In this document: positions 35,627 through 43,887 of the stretch, in pieces
How the letters are laid out: the number at the start of each line of letters is the position of its first letter
How positions within the stretch are numbered: the stretch's first letter is position 1
DNA from: Candidatus Falkowbacteria bacterium
Lineage (GTDB): Bacteria; Patescibacteriota; Patescibacteriia; Patescibacteriales; WJLG01
Direction of reading: 5' to 3'
NCBI GenBank assembly: GCA_963747695.1
Contig: CAVVFV010000010.1
Location: 325,618 to 389,617 of the forward strand
DNA length: 64,000 bases
Position numbers and translations under genes: made by a program
The notes under the pieces: generated by a model
The model's input: only the letters and a program-made list of their open reading frames with translations
Databases searched by the model: none
What the model was told of the DNA's origin: nothing

Positions 35627-37270
35627 ATGATCAAAGAGATAATTGAACAAAACCCCAAGACTGCGGGAGAGTTGATGACTCTGAAGCGGAAACTGGCCAA
35701 AAGATTCGGAGAAAAAATTCCCCGGCACTCGGATTTGTGGCGGGAGTATTTAGCTTTGGTAAAAACCGGAAAAATAAAATATGATGAAAAATTCGCCCGC
35801 TTGTTGAAGCGGCGGGCGGTGCGGACGCTTTCCGGGGTGGCGGCGGTGGCGGTACTGACCAAGCCTTGGCCGTGCCCAGGCCAGTGTATTTTTTGCCCGA
35901 CGGAAAAGAATGTGCCGAAAAGTTATCTATCCAATGAGCCGGCCGTGATGCGGGCGATCCGGAATAATTTTGATCCTTACCAGCAGATGCGCACCAGACT
36001 GGAAGCTTTAGAGATCAACGGCCATCGTCCGGAAAAGATCGAGTTGATCGTCATCGGCGGCACCTGGAGCGTCTTGCCGACAGCTTATAAATTTTGGTTC
36101 ATCAAGGAATGCTTCCGGGCAGCGAACCGATTTCAAAGAAGAAATAAGAAAGAAGAAAGAAGAAAAAAAGTAAAAGAAAAAAAAATTGAAAGTTTGAAGA
36201 AAAATTTTTTTTCGGAACAGAAGAAAAACGAGAGGGCGAAGTATAAAATTATCGGGATCACTCTGGAAACGCGACCGGATTATATTGATGAGAAGGAATT
36301 GATTGAGATGCGCGAACTGGGCGCGACGCGCGTGGAGTTGGGCGTGCAAGCGATCGATGATCAGATTCTAGCGAAAAATAATCGCGGCCATGGCGTCGCG
36401 GAGATCGCCCGCGCCACGGCGTTACTGAAATTTTTTGGTTTTAAAGTTACTTATCATCTAATGCCGGGCTTGCCGGGCGCAACGGCCAAAAAAGATTTAG
36501 CAATGTTCAAGCAATTATTTTCCGACGAGCGTTTCCAGCCGGATCAGCTAAAATTTTATCCCACCGTGGTGACCAAGGGCTCGAAACTTTATCAATGGTG
36601 GAAAGCTGGAATTTATCATCCGTATTCGGATAAAGTTTTGCGGCAATTAATTGTGGAGTGTAAAAAAGCCGTGCCCGAATATGTCCGCATCATCCGCTTG
36701 ATCCGCGATATTCCCGGCGAATCGATCGAGGCGGGCAATACGATCACCAATCTGCGGCAGGTGATGCAGCAGGAAGGCGCGCGCTGCCGTTGCATCCGCT
36801 GCCGCGAAGTAAAAGATAAGTCGATTAAGGTCGGAAAACTAAAATTAAATATCCGCGAATACCCGGCGTCAGGCAGTCAGGAATTTTTTATTTCTTTTGA
36901 CAGCGCTGACGGAAAAACCCTTTACGGTTTTTGCCGGCTGCGGCTACCAGAGAGAAGAGAGAAAAGAGAAAAGATAAGAGAAAAAGAATTTTTATTTTTG
37001 AATGAGGCGGCAATCGTTCGGGAATTGCATGTCTATGGCGAACTGGTGCCGACCGGCAGCAGAACCACCCCCAAACCCCTCCTTGGAAAGGAGGGGAGAA
37101 TCCAGCACGGCGGTTTGGGAAAGAAATTGTTGGTCGAAGCGGAAAAAATTTCGCGGCAGCATAAATTTAAAACGATTGCCGTGATTGCCGGCATCGGTGT
37201 GCGCGTCTATTATAAAAAATTGGGCTATCGGCTGAAGGCCGGATATTTGGTTAAACGATTGGCTGATTGA
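35627..37270 (+). CDS. elp3: Elp3-like radical SAM / GNAT acetyltransferase (tRNA U34 cm5-modification family)
   Basis: Radical SAM cluster motif CPGQCIFCP, TRVELGVQAIDD, VRELHVYG...QHGGLGKKLLVEAEKI (GNAT). Lys/Glu-rich insert RRNKKEERRKKVKEKK. Confidence 0.85.
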   Translation: MIKEIIEQNPKTAGELMTLKRKLAKRFGEKIPRHSDLWREYLALVKTGKIKYDEKFARLLKRRAVRTLSGVAAVAVLTKPWPCPGQCIFCPTEKNVPKSYLSNEPAVMRAIRNNFDPYQQMRTRLEALEINGHRPEKIELIVIGGTWSVLPTAYKFWFIKECFRAANRFQRRNKKEERRKKVKEKKIESLKKNFFSEQKKNERAKYKIIGITLETRPDYIDEKELIEMRELGATRVELGVQAIDDQILAKNNRGHGVAEIARATALLKFFGFKVTYHLMPGLPGATAKKDLAMFKQLFSDERFQPDQLKFYPTVVTKGSKLYQWWKAGIYHPYSDKVLRQLIVECKKAVPEYVRIIRLIRDIPGESIEAGNTITNLRQVMQQEGARCRCIRCREVKDKSIKVGKLKLNIREYPASGSQEFFISFDSADGKTLYGFCRLRLPERREKREKIREKEFLFLNEAAIVRELHVYGELVPTGSRTTPKPLLGKEGRIQHGGLGKKLLVEAEKISRQHKFKTIAVIAGIGVRVYYKKLGYRLKAGYLVKRLAD

Positions 37271-37354
37271 CAGGTTTCGTCATTTATGATAAGGTAATTT
37301 GAAATTTTAACGCACATTATTAATCTAAAATAATGATAAAGAAAGGCGGTTTTT

Positions 37355-37930
37355 ATGGATTGCCGGCTGTTCTTACTGGAAAAGTTTGATTTTTTTCACC
37401 GGGTTTACGGTTTGAGATCATCGATTGACCTCTCGGAATTCATGCGGAGTTCGATTGAGAAGCACGGCTTGGCTTTGGCGTTTTTGATCGTTCCGTGCGG
37501 CTTGACGCACAAAATTGTCCAAAAGGTTTTTCGGGAAAAGCTGGGGGTGAAGTATGATTTTCCCGCGGAGCTTGATGACCTGAAAAAAGTCACCCACGAC
37601 CGCTGGCCAAAGCAGAGCTATTTTATCCGCCACGGCGGCCACCAAGAAGCGACCGGAGGCGATAAGCAATTAAAATTGCTGGCAGCGGAAAAAATCTGGG
37701 AACGCGGAATCAAGACGATGACCTCACTGGAGGTCTCGCAATTCGCGTTTGAGTATTTTTTTGCCAATGGCGCGCCGGCCGACAGTAATAGTATTAGTTT
37801 GGGTTCTGGTTCGCGCCACTCTGACGGTTGCGTTCCGCACGTCTACTTCGACGACGGCAGGGTCGGCGTCGACTGGTACATTCTGTCCAATGCTGGCTCC
37901 CGCTTGCGTGCCCGTTCTGCAGCAGTTTAA
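37355..37930 (+). CDS. Hypothetical protein
   Basis: 191-aa ORF followed by a terminator (cctctcg..cgagagg + T-run, 37956-37990). No motif recognised. Confidence 0.5.
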   Translation: MDCRLFLLEKFDFFHRVYGLRSSIDLSEFMRSSIEKHGLALAFLIVPCGLTHKIVQKVFREKLGVKYDFPAELDDLKKVTHDRWPKQSYFIRHGGHQEATGGDKQLKLLAAEKIWERGIKTMTSLEVSQFAFEYFFANGAPADSNSISLGSGSRHSDGCVPHVYFDDGRVGVDWYILSNAGSRLRARSAAV

Positions 37931-38030
37931 AACTTGTAACTCTTTTCTTTAACCCCCTCTCGTTCGTCTTGGACAGCGAGAGGATTTTTTTATCCAAAAA
38001 AAATGCCGACGCTGGAGCGCGGGCTGCGTT

Positions 38031-38112
38031 CGTAGGCCCGCAATATTTTGCGAGCGGAATTGCGGAAAATGGCTTATGAGGCCTGAAGCGCGCAAAATAT
38101 TGCGCGCCTACG
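38031..38112. repeat. 22-bp inverted repeat hairpin with 38-nt loop
   Basis: cgtaggcccgcaatattttgcg (38031-38052) pairs with cgcaaaatattgcgcgcctacg (38091-38112) with one mismatch. Followed by attttttg and tgtggtataat. Confidence 0.6.
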
Positions 38113-38221
38113 GCAGCGATTTTTTGTGGTATAATGTAAGTGTAAAAAGCGCAAACACATTTTTTACCAAGAGGCGGATGAAAATTTTTCGTTACGCGTT
38201 AGGTGTTATGCGTTACGCGAT

Positions 38222-39265
38222 ATGAAACCGATTAAATTTCCTCTAGACGAGCAGGCGCACGACAAGATAATCGAGTGGTGGTATTGGAACGGTAATCTCC
38301 ATGATCACGCCGGCAACCGTTATGCTTTTATGGATTGCCTTTTCCAGGTAAAGCCGCTCAAGATCAGATTCCCTTTTATGAAGATGCCTTTTGACAAGGC
38401 GTATTTTTCGCATTCCTTGCTTTCCGATATCGGGAAACAGAAATCCTATCCGACAATTGACTATCTCTCGCTGGTTTCGCGCGACAGTTTCAAGCAGTCA
38501 CTGCTATTTATAAATTATATCGATACGAACCTGATTGACGGCTATGTCGTCTCTTCGATGGTGGAGATCGAGCCGCTGAAATATCGGATCCGGGCGGAAA
38601 ATTTAGACTTGATCCTGACGGCGCAAAAGAAACCTCTGCTGGTGGCAGGGTCGGGTTATCTGAGTCTGGGCAAAGACACCACTTATTATTATTCGTTGAC
38701 GAATTTGAAAACCGAGGGAATCATCAGAATTGGCGGCAAAGAGATCAAGGTCTCGGGAAAATCCTGGATGGATCATCAATGGGCCGATGCGCCGTATTCT
38801 AAAAAAGCTAAAGATAAATGGAATTGGTTTTCGCTGCAATTTGATGATAACACGGAGATGCTCTGTTATGAATGGTCGTGCGGAGACAAGAAAATGTCGG
38901 TAGTCGGGATTTCTTATCCGAACGGGAAAATCGAGCATCTAACGGAGGTTGTTTTTAGGCCGATCGGCAAAGAATGGACTAGTTCGAAAACCAAAGCAAG
39001 ATATCCGCTGAATTGGCAGATTGAAATACCGACTAAAAAGATAAAGTTGACAGTTACGCCGCTCATTAAGAATCAGGAAATGATTTTCGGCACGCTCAAT
39101 TATTGGGAAGGGCCGATTTCGGTCAGCGGCAATTTAGGCAACAAGAAGGCGACCGGCCGGGGATTTCTGGAGCTGGTCGGCCGTCCTTCACAATACAAGG
39201 CTTATAATTTTTTTAAGGAAAGTTTGAGTGAAACGATCAAGAATTTGCAGAAAAGATTGAAATAA
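38222..39265 (+). CDS. AttH/CrtC-like lipocalin-fold protein
   Basis: N-terminal DEQAHDKIIEWWYWNGNL and WMDHQW, typical of the AttH / hydroxyneurosporene-synthase-like family. Confidence 0.7.
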   Translation: MKPIKFPLDEQAHDKIIEWWYWNGNLHDHAGNRYAFMDCLFQVKPLKIRFPFMKMPFDKAYFSHSLLSDIGKQKSYPTIDYLSLVSRDSFKQSLLFINYIDTNLIDGYVVSSMVEIEPLKYRIRAENLDLILTAQKKPLLVAGSGYLSLGKDTTYYYSLTNLKTEGIIRIGGKEIKVSGKSWMDHQWADAPYSKKAKDKWNWFSLQFDDNTEMLCYEWSCGDKKMSVVGISYPNGKIEHLTEVVFRPIGKEWTSSKTKARYPLNWQIEIPTKKIKLTVTPLIKNQEMIFGTLNYWEGPISVSGNLGNKKATGRGFLELVGRPSQYKAYNFFKESLSETIKNLQKRLK

Positions 39266-39276
39266 ATTTGAATTTT

Positions 39277-39645
39277 ATGGTTACGGATATAAAAAAAATA
39301 TTTTTTTCCATCCTTTTTTTAATTTTTATTTTTGTTTTGTCGGCGTGCGGCGCGGCCAAAGCGCCGGCTAAGCAGCCAGCGGTCGCCGCTCCGACCGGGC
39401 TGACCATGGCGGTGGTCGCCGAACATAATTCGTCGACCGACTGCTGGCTGACGGTAAATAACAATATTTACAACGTAACCGACCATCTCGCGCCGAATCC
39501 GAGCGGAGAAGCGGCGATGGCGGCCTATTGCGGCCGAGACGCCACGACTGTTTTTGATGCCGATGAGAAAAACTCCGGCCAGCCGATTTTTGATATCGAC
39601 CGGCAGACTTTGGAGCAATTCTATATTGGTTCATTGGCCCGCTAA
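39277..39645 (+). CDS. Cytochrome b5-like domain lipoprotein (heme-ligand His not evident)
   Basis: Lipobox LSAC, then HNSSTDCWLTVNNNIYNVTDHL..GRDATTVFD. PNPSG replaces the usual HPGG. Confidence 0.6.
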   Translation: MVTDIKKIFFSILFLIFIFVLSACGAAKAPAKQPAVAAPTGLTMAVVAEHNSSTDCWLTVNNNIYNVTDHLAPNPSGEAAMAAYCGRDATTVFDADEKNSGQPIFDIDRQTLEQFYIGSLAR

Positions 39646-39761
39646 GTTATATGATGCGAATGCTACAAATTATTCGCGAATACTACAAATACCGCGAAAC
39701 GAATTTTTCGTTAAATAGTTCGTAGTATTCGCGAACAATTCGTAGGTTCGCATTATGTGAT

Positions 39762-40688
39762 ATGAGTTTATTTTCCATTTTAATCGTCATTGTCGGTCTC
39801 TGCCTGTTTGAGACGATCTCCAGCATCGACAATGCCATCGTCAATGCCGAAGTGCTTTCGACCATGGGCAAAAAGGGCCGGCGCTGGTTTTTGCTCTGGG
39901 GATTTTTGTTCGCGGTTTTCGTGATCAGGGGATTGCTGCCCTGGATAATCGTCTGGGCGGTGACACCGAAGCTGGGGCCGATCGGTTCGCTGGTTGCCAC
40001 CTTTTCCAGTAATCCGTCGGTCAAGCTGGCAATCGAATCGTCGACGCCGACCTTGTTGATCGGCGGCGGAGTATTTTTGATTTTTTTATTTTTCAATTGG
40101 CTATTCCTCGAGCCGAAAAATTTCGGTATGCCCGGCGAGCGTTTTTTTTCCACCAAGGGCGTCTGGTTTTTCGCGGTGGTTTCCGTGCTGCTGGCCATGA
40201 TCGTCTGGTTCGCCTTGAAACAAAATTCGCTGCTGGCTTTCGGAGCGGTCGTCGGCTCCACCGCTTTTTTCATCACCCACGGTTTCAAACAGAATGCCGA
40301 AGCCAGCGAAAAGAAATTATCCAAAAGCGGCTTGTCGGACATCAGTAAGATTATTTTTCTCGAAATAATCGACGCGACATTTTCCGTCGACGGAGTGTTG
40401 GGCGCTTTCGCCTTCACGCTTTCCGTGCCGCTGATCGTTTTGGGCAACGGCCTCGGAGCCTATATCGTCAGGCGATTCACCGTCGGGAATATCGGGACGA
40501 TCAAGAAGTATCTGTTTTTGAAGAACGGCGCGATGTATTCGATTTTTTTTCTCGGCGCGATTATGCTGGCCGACGCCTTTGGCGTAAAAATCCCCAGTTA
40601 TGTTTCGCCGCTGGTGACTTTCGCGGTAGTCGGCTATTTTTTCCTCAAATCGCATTATCATTTAAAGCGAACAACTTTAAAAAGATAA
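39762..40688 (+). CDS. DUF475/TerC-family integral membrane protein
   Basis: SSIDNAIVNAEVL near the N-terminus and a second FSVDGVLGAFA motif. About 8 TM helices. Confidence 0.7.
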   Translation: MSLFSILIVIVGLCLFETISSIDNAIVNAEVLSTMGKKGRRWFLLWGFLFAVFVIRGLLPWIIVWAVTPKLGPIGSLVATFSSNPSVKLAIESSTPTLLIGGGVFLIFLFFNWLFLEPKNFGMPGERFFSTKGVWFFAVVSVLLAMIVWFALKQNSLLAFGAVVGSTAFFITHGFKQNAEASEKKLSKSGLSDISKIIFLEIIDATFSVDGVLGAFAFTLSVPLIVLGNGLGAYIVRRFTVGNIGTIKKYLFLKNGAMYSIFFLGAIMLADAFGVKIPSYVSPLVTFAVVGYFFLKSHYHLKRTTLKR

Positions 40689-40708
40689 AAAATTTTTAAT
40701 CAATAAAA

Positions 40709-40733
40709 AAAGTCCGGCTTGGCGTCGGACTTT
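40709..40733. terminator. Bidirectional terminator
   Basis: aaagtccg-gcttggcgt-cggacttt between convergent genes. Confidence 0.65.
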
Positions 40734-40742
40734 TGCGTTTTT

Positions 40743-41189
40743 TCAGAAAGCGTTGAACAGTTTTTCCCGCTTGGTCATCTTATCGGCCGTGATGGTCAGA
40801 AAAACAATGAAGTGGTTGACGTATTCTTCTCTGCCACCAAGGCATAAGCGGTCGCGAGTTTGGATGGCAAGAGCGGCTAATTTTCGCAGCGCCCGCGGTT
40901 CGGCACCGCGAAAAAATGAGTAAGTTTTGTTGATCTCCGTCAGGAAATCAAATCTTACCTGCAAATCATTTTCGAAGCGGTCGATTTCCGATTGATCGGC
41001 GGACACCAGATTGCAATTGGCCAGATGGATCGTCTTGACAATCAGGATAATGTCGCCCGTAATGAAATCGGCCGCTTCCTTTGTACCTAAAGCCGCGTCT
41101 TGCAGGTCGCGCAGGCTTTCGGCCATCCGGGAAGTTATCGCTTCGATCATTTCCAGCAATTGTTTCGCGTTAATTTTATCGCGTGCCAT
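40743..41189 (-). CDS. Hypothetical protein
   Basis: 148-aa helical ORF. No motif recognised. Confidence 0.5.
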   Translation of the reverse strand: MARDKINAKQLLEMIEAITSRMAESLRDLQDAALGTKEAADFITGDIILIVKTIHLANCNLVSADQSEIDRFENDLQVRFDFLTEINKTYSFFRGAEPRALRKLAALAIQTRDRLCLGGREEYVNHFIVFLTITADKMTKREKLFNAF

Positions 41190-41281
41190 TTTATCCTCTT
41201 TTCCGGGTAGTTAAAGAGCAAGCAGCGGTTTGGTTGTTGAATATTATTACATAAATATTTATAAAAGTCAATAGTTAAGTT

Positions 41282-41310
41282 TTGACAGAGTCGATTTTTG
41301 ACTGTAATAT
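41282..41310 (+). promoter_or_regulatory. Strong sigma70-type promoter of glyA
   Basis: TTGACA (41282-41287), 17-nt spacer ending in TG, TAATAT (41305-41310). Confidence 0.6.
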
Positions 41311-41392
41311 TTAGCTATTAGTAATATTTTTTGCCATATGGTGTAACAAAATGTGATCTAAACAGATTCTTATTAAATTAATGATTTTTATT

Positions 41393-42646
41393 ATGTTGAA
41401 ATATGAAAATATAAAACAGGAGGACGGGGAAGTTTACGTGGCGATCATGAAGGAATCGGAACGGCAGGCGGATGAACTGGAAATGATCGCTTCGGAAAAT
41501 TACGTTTCCCCTGCCGTTTTGGAAGCGATGGGGTCGATTTTGACCAATAAATATTCCGAGGGCTATCCTGGTCACCGCTATTACGGCGGCAATCAGGTGA
41601 TTGATGAAGTGGAAACGATCGCGATTGAACGCGCCAAAAAATTATTTGGCGCCGAACACGTGAATGTGCAATCGCTTTCCGGCTCACCGGCCAATGCTGC
41701 GGTTTATTTTGCTTTTTTGAAACCAGGCGATAAAATTTTGGGGATGAAGCTGGACCACGGCGGTCATCTTTCCCATGGCCATCCGGTAAATTTTTCCGGC
41801 TTGCTCTATAATTTTGTCCAATACGGCGTCGATGCCGAAACCGGTTATATTGATATGAAAGAAGTGCGCGCCATGGCCTTAAAAGAAAAACCGAAAATGA
41901 TCGTGGTCGGGGCGACGGCTTATTCGCGGGAGATCGATTGGGCGGAATTCAAGAAGATCGCCGATGAAGTCGGCGCCTATTCTTTCGCCGACATCGCTCA
42001 TACGGCCGGCCTGATCGCCGCCGGACTGCTCGCCAATCCGGTGCCGATTTTCGATGTTGTTTCGACTACTACGCACAAAACTTTGCGCGGCCCTCGCGGT
42101 GCGATAATTATGTGCAAAGAAAAATTCGCCAAGCAAGTCGATCGGGCGGTTTTTCCGGGTATGCAAGGCGGCCCGCACGATCACACCACCGCGGCCAAGG
42201 CCGTGGCTTTTGGCGAAGCATTGCAACCGCAATTCAAGGTATATGCCAAACAAGTTATTGCGAACGCCAAAGTTTTAGCGGAAGAATTTATCAAACGCGG
42301 CTATCGCGTCATTTCCGGCGGCACGGACAATCATTTAATGGTCGTGGATATGACCAGCAAAAATATTACCGGCCGCGATGCCGAAGCAGCTTTAAATAAG
42401 ATCGGTATTTCGGTCAACCGCTCCACTATCCCTAATGATCCTAATCCGCCGATGAAACCGTCCGGCGTTCGTTTTGGCACCCCGGCGCTCACCACTCGCG
42501 GCATGAAAGAAAAAGAGGTTTTGCAAATAGTTGAATGGATCGATCAAGCGATAATGAATAAAGATAATGAAGAAAAATTGGCGGAATTAAAAAAAGAAGT
42601 GAAAAAACTCTGCGGCAAATTCCCGCCGCCCACTTCGTGTAACTAA
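41393..42646 (+). CDS. glyA: Serine hydroxymethyltransferase
   Basis: IASENYVSPAVLEAMGS, and TTTHKTLRGPRG carrying the PLP lysine. The start could also be the ATG at 41381. Confidence 0.95.
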   Translation: MLKYENIKQEDGEVYVAIMKESERQADELEMIASENYVSPAVLEAMGSILTNKYSEGYPGHRYYGGNQVIDEVETIAIERAKKLFGAEHVNVQSLSGSPANAAVYFAFLKPGDKILGMKLDHGGHLSHGHPVNFSGLLYNFVQYGVDAETGYIDMKEVRAMALKEKPKMIVVGATAYSREIDWAEFKKIADEVGAYSFADIAHTAGLIAAGLLANPVPIFDVVSTTTHKTLRGPRGAIIMCKEKFAKQVDRAVFPGMQGGPHDHTTAAKAVAFGEALQPQFKVYAKQVIANAKVLAEEFIKRGYRVISGGTDNHLMVVDMTSKNITGRDAEAALNKIGISVNRSTIPNDPNPPMKPSGVRFGTPALTTRGMKEKEVLQIVEWIDQAIMNKDNEEKLAELKKEVKKLCGKFPPPTSCN

Positions 42647-42661
42647 TAACGCGTTAAAAAA

Positions 42662-42707
42662 GTCCCCTCTTGGGAGGGGTGCCGAGCCCGGCGAGGCGGG
42701 GTGGGTC
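42662..42707 (+). repeat. E1 repeat, copy 3
   Basis: gtcccctcttgggaggggtgccgagcccggcgaggcggggtgggtc, 16 nt after the glyA stop. Confidence 0.85.
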
Positions 42708-42724
42708 TATTCCCGACATTATTT

Positions 42725-43795
42725 ATGGTTGAAATAATTGTAAATTTAGAAAAAAATGGGTATCCGATAAAAATTGGGATGGGCATTGTTGCTGAAGAAA
42801 ATTTCAAAAAATTCGGTTGCGATAAATGCGCTATTATCACGGATTCAAATGTCGAGAAACTTTACGCCAAAGATTTGGAAAAAAAATTAAATCAAGACGG
42901 GGTTATTTCGGAAATATTTAGTTTCCCGGCCGGCGAGACGTCAAAAACATTTGCCACGGTTATTTCGCTCGGCCGGAAAATGATCAAAAGCGGTTTTGGC
43001 AGAAATTCGCTGATAATCGCTTTGGGAGGCGGGGTGGTCGGGGATATTGCTGGATTTTTGGCCTCGATTTACGAAAGAGGAATCAAATTTGTCCAGATAC
43101 CGACAACTCTGCTGGCACAAGTCGATAGCAGTATCGGGGGGAAAACCGGAGTTGATACTCCCGAAGGAAAAAATTTACTCGGGACTTTTTATCAGCCGCA
43201 GACCGTAATATGTGACATTAATTTTTTGTCGACTTTGCCAAAAAAAGAAATCAAAAATGGCTGGGCGGAATTAATAAAAGATGGGATGATCAAAGATAAT
43301 CGATTTTTTGAATTTTTACAAAAAAAACATTCAAGTCTCGATGAAAAAGATCTAGCGGCAATCATTACCAGCGCGGTCGGGATAAAAGCGAAGATTGTAA
43401 GCCAGGATGAAAGGGAGTCGGGAGAAAGAATCATTTTAAATTACGGACATACAATCGGCCATGCGATAGAAACGATTGAGAACTATAAGATTTCCCACGG
43501 CGAGGCGGTCGCGTTGAGAATGATTTATGAAGGAAAAATTTCTTCCTTGCTTGGTTATTTGACTGCGGCAGATTTAAAAAAACAAAATGAACTCATCCTC
43601 TCGGTCGGTTTACCGGTAAATTATCGAGGTAATATTGATAAATTGATTGAAATAATGCGGCGGGACAAAAAGGCGCTGGATAGCAATCCGCATTTTGTTT
43701 TGCCGATAAAAATCGGAGCGGTTAAAAATGAAGGAACTAAATTTGCTTTTGCCGTTGAAGAGAAGATAATAAAAAGGGCCTTAGAATCGAGATAA
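42725..43795 (+). CDS. aroB: 3-dehydroquinate synthase
   Basis: GGGVVGDIAGFLASIYERGIKFVQIPTTLLAQVDSSIGGKTGV and NYGHTIGHAIE. The ATG at 42725 is used because the track GTG at 42701 lies inside the E1 repeat. Confidence 0.9.
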   Translation: MVEIIVNLEKNGYPIKIGMGIVAEENFKKFGCDKCAIITDSNVEKLYAKDLEKKLNQDGVISEIFSFPAGETSKTFATVISLGRKMIKSGFGRNSLIIALGGGVVGDIAGFLASIYERGIKFVQIPTTLLAQVDSSIGGKTGVDTPEGKNLLGTFYQPQTVICDINFLSTLPKKEIKNGWAELIKDGMIKDNRFFEFLQKKHSSLDEKDLAAIITSAVGIKAKIVSQDERESGERIILNYGHTIGHAIETIENYKISHGEAVALRMIYEGKISSLLGYLTAADLKKQNELILSVGLPVNYRGNIDKLIEIMRRDKKALDSNPHFVLPIKIGAVKNEGTKFAFAVEEKIIKRALESR

Positions 43796-43808
43796 GGTAA
43801 AATAATAA

Positions 43809-43852
43809 ACCCACCCCGCCTCGCCGAGCTCGGCACCCCTCCCAAGAGGGGA
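43809..43852 (-). repeat. E1 repeat, copy 4 (inverted relative to copy 3)
   Basis: The reverse complement tcccctcttgggaggggtgccgagctcggcgaggcggggtgggt differs from copy 3 at a single position. Confidence 0.85.
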
Positions 43853-43887
43853 TTTTAAAAAGCGTTACGGGTTACGCGTTATGAGTT

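Noticed and set aside
39683-40447. 254-aa minus-strand ORF
   Set aside because: It is antisense to the DUF475/TerC membrane protein gene, which has recognisable motifs. The translation has no motifs, so it is an antisense-frame artefact.
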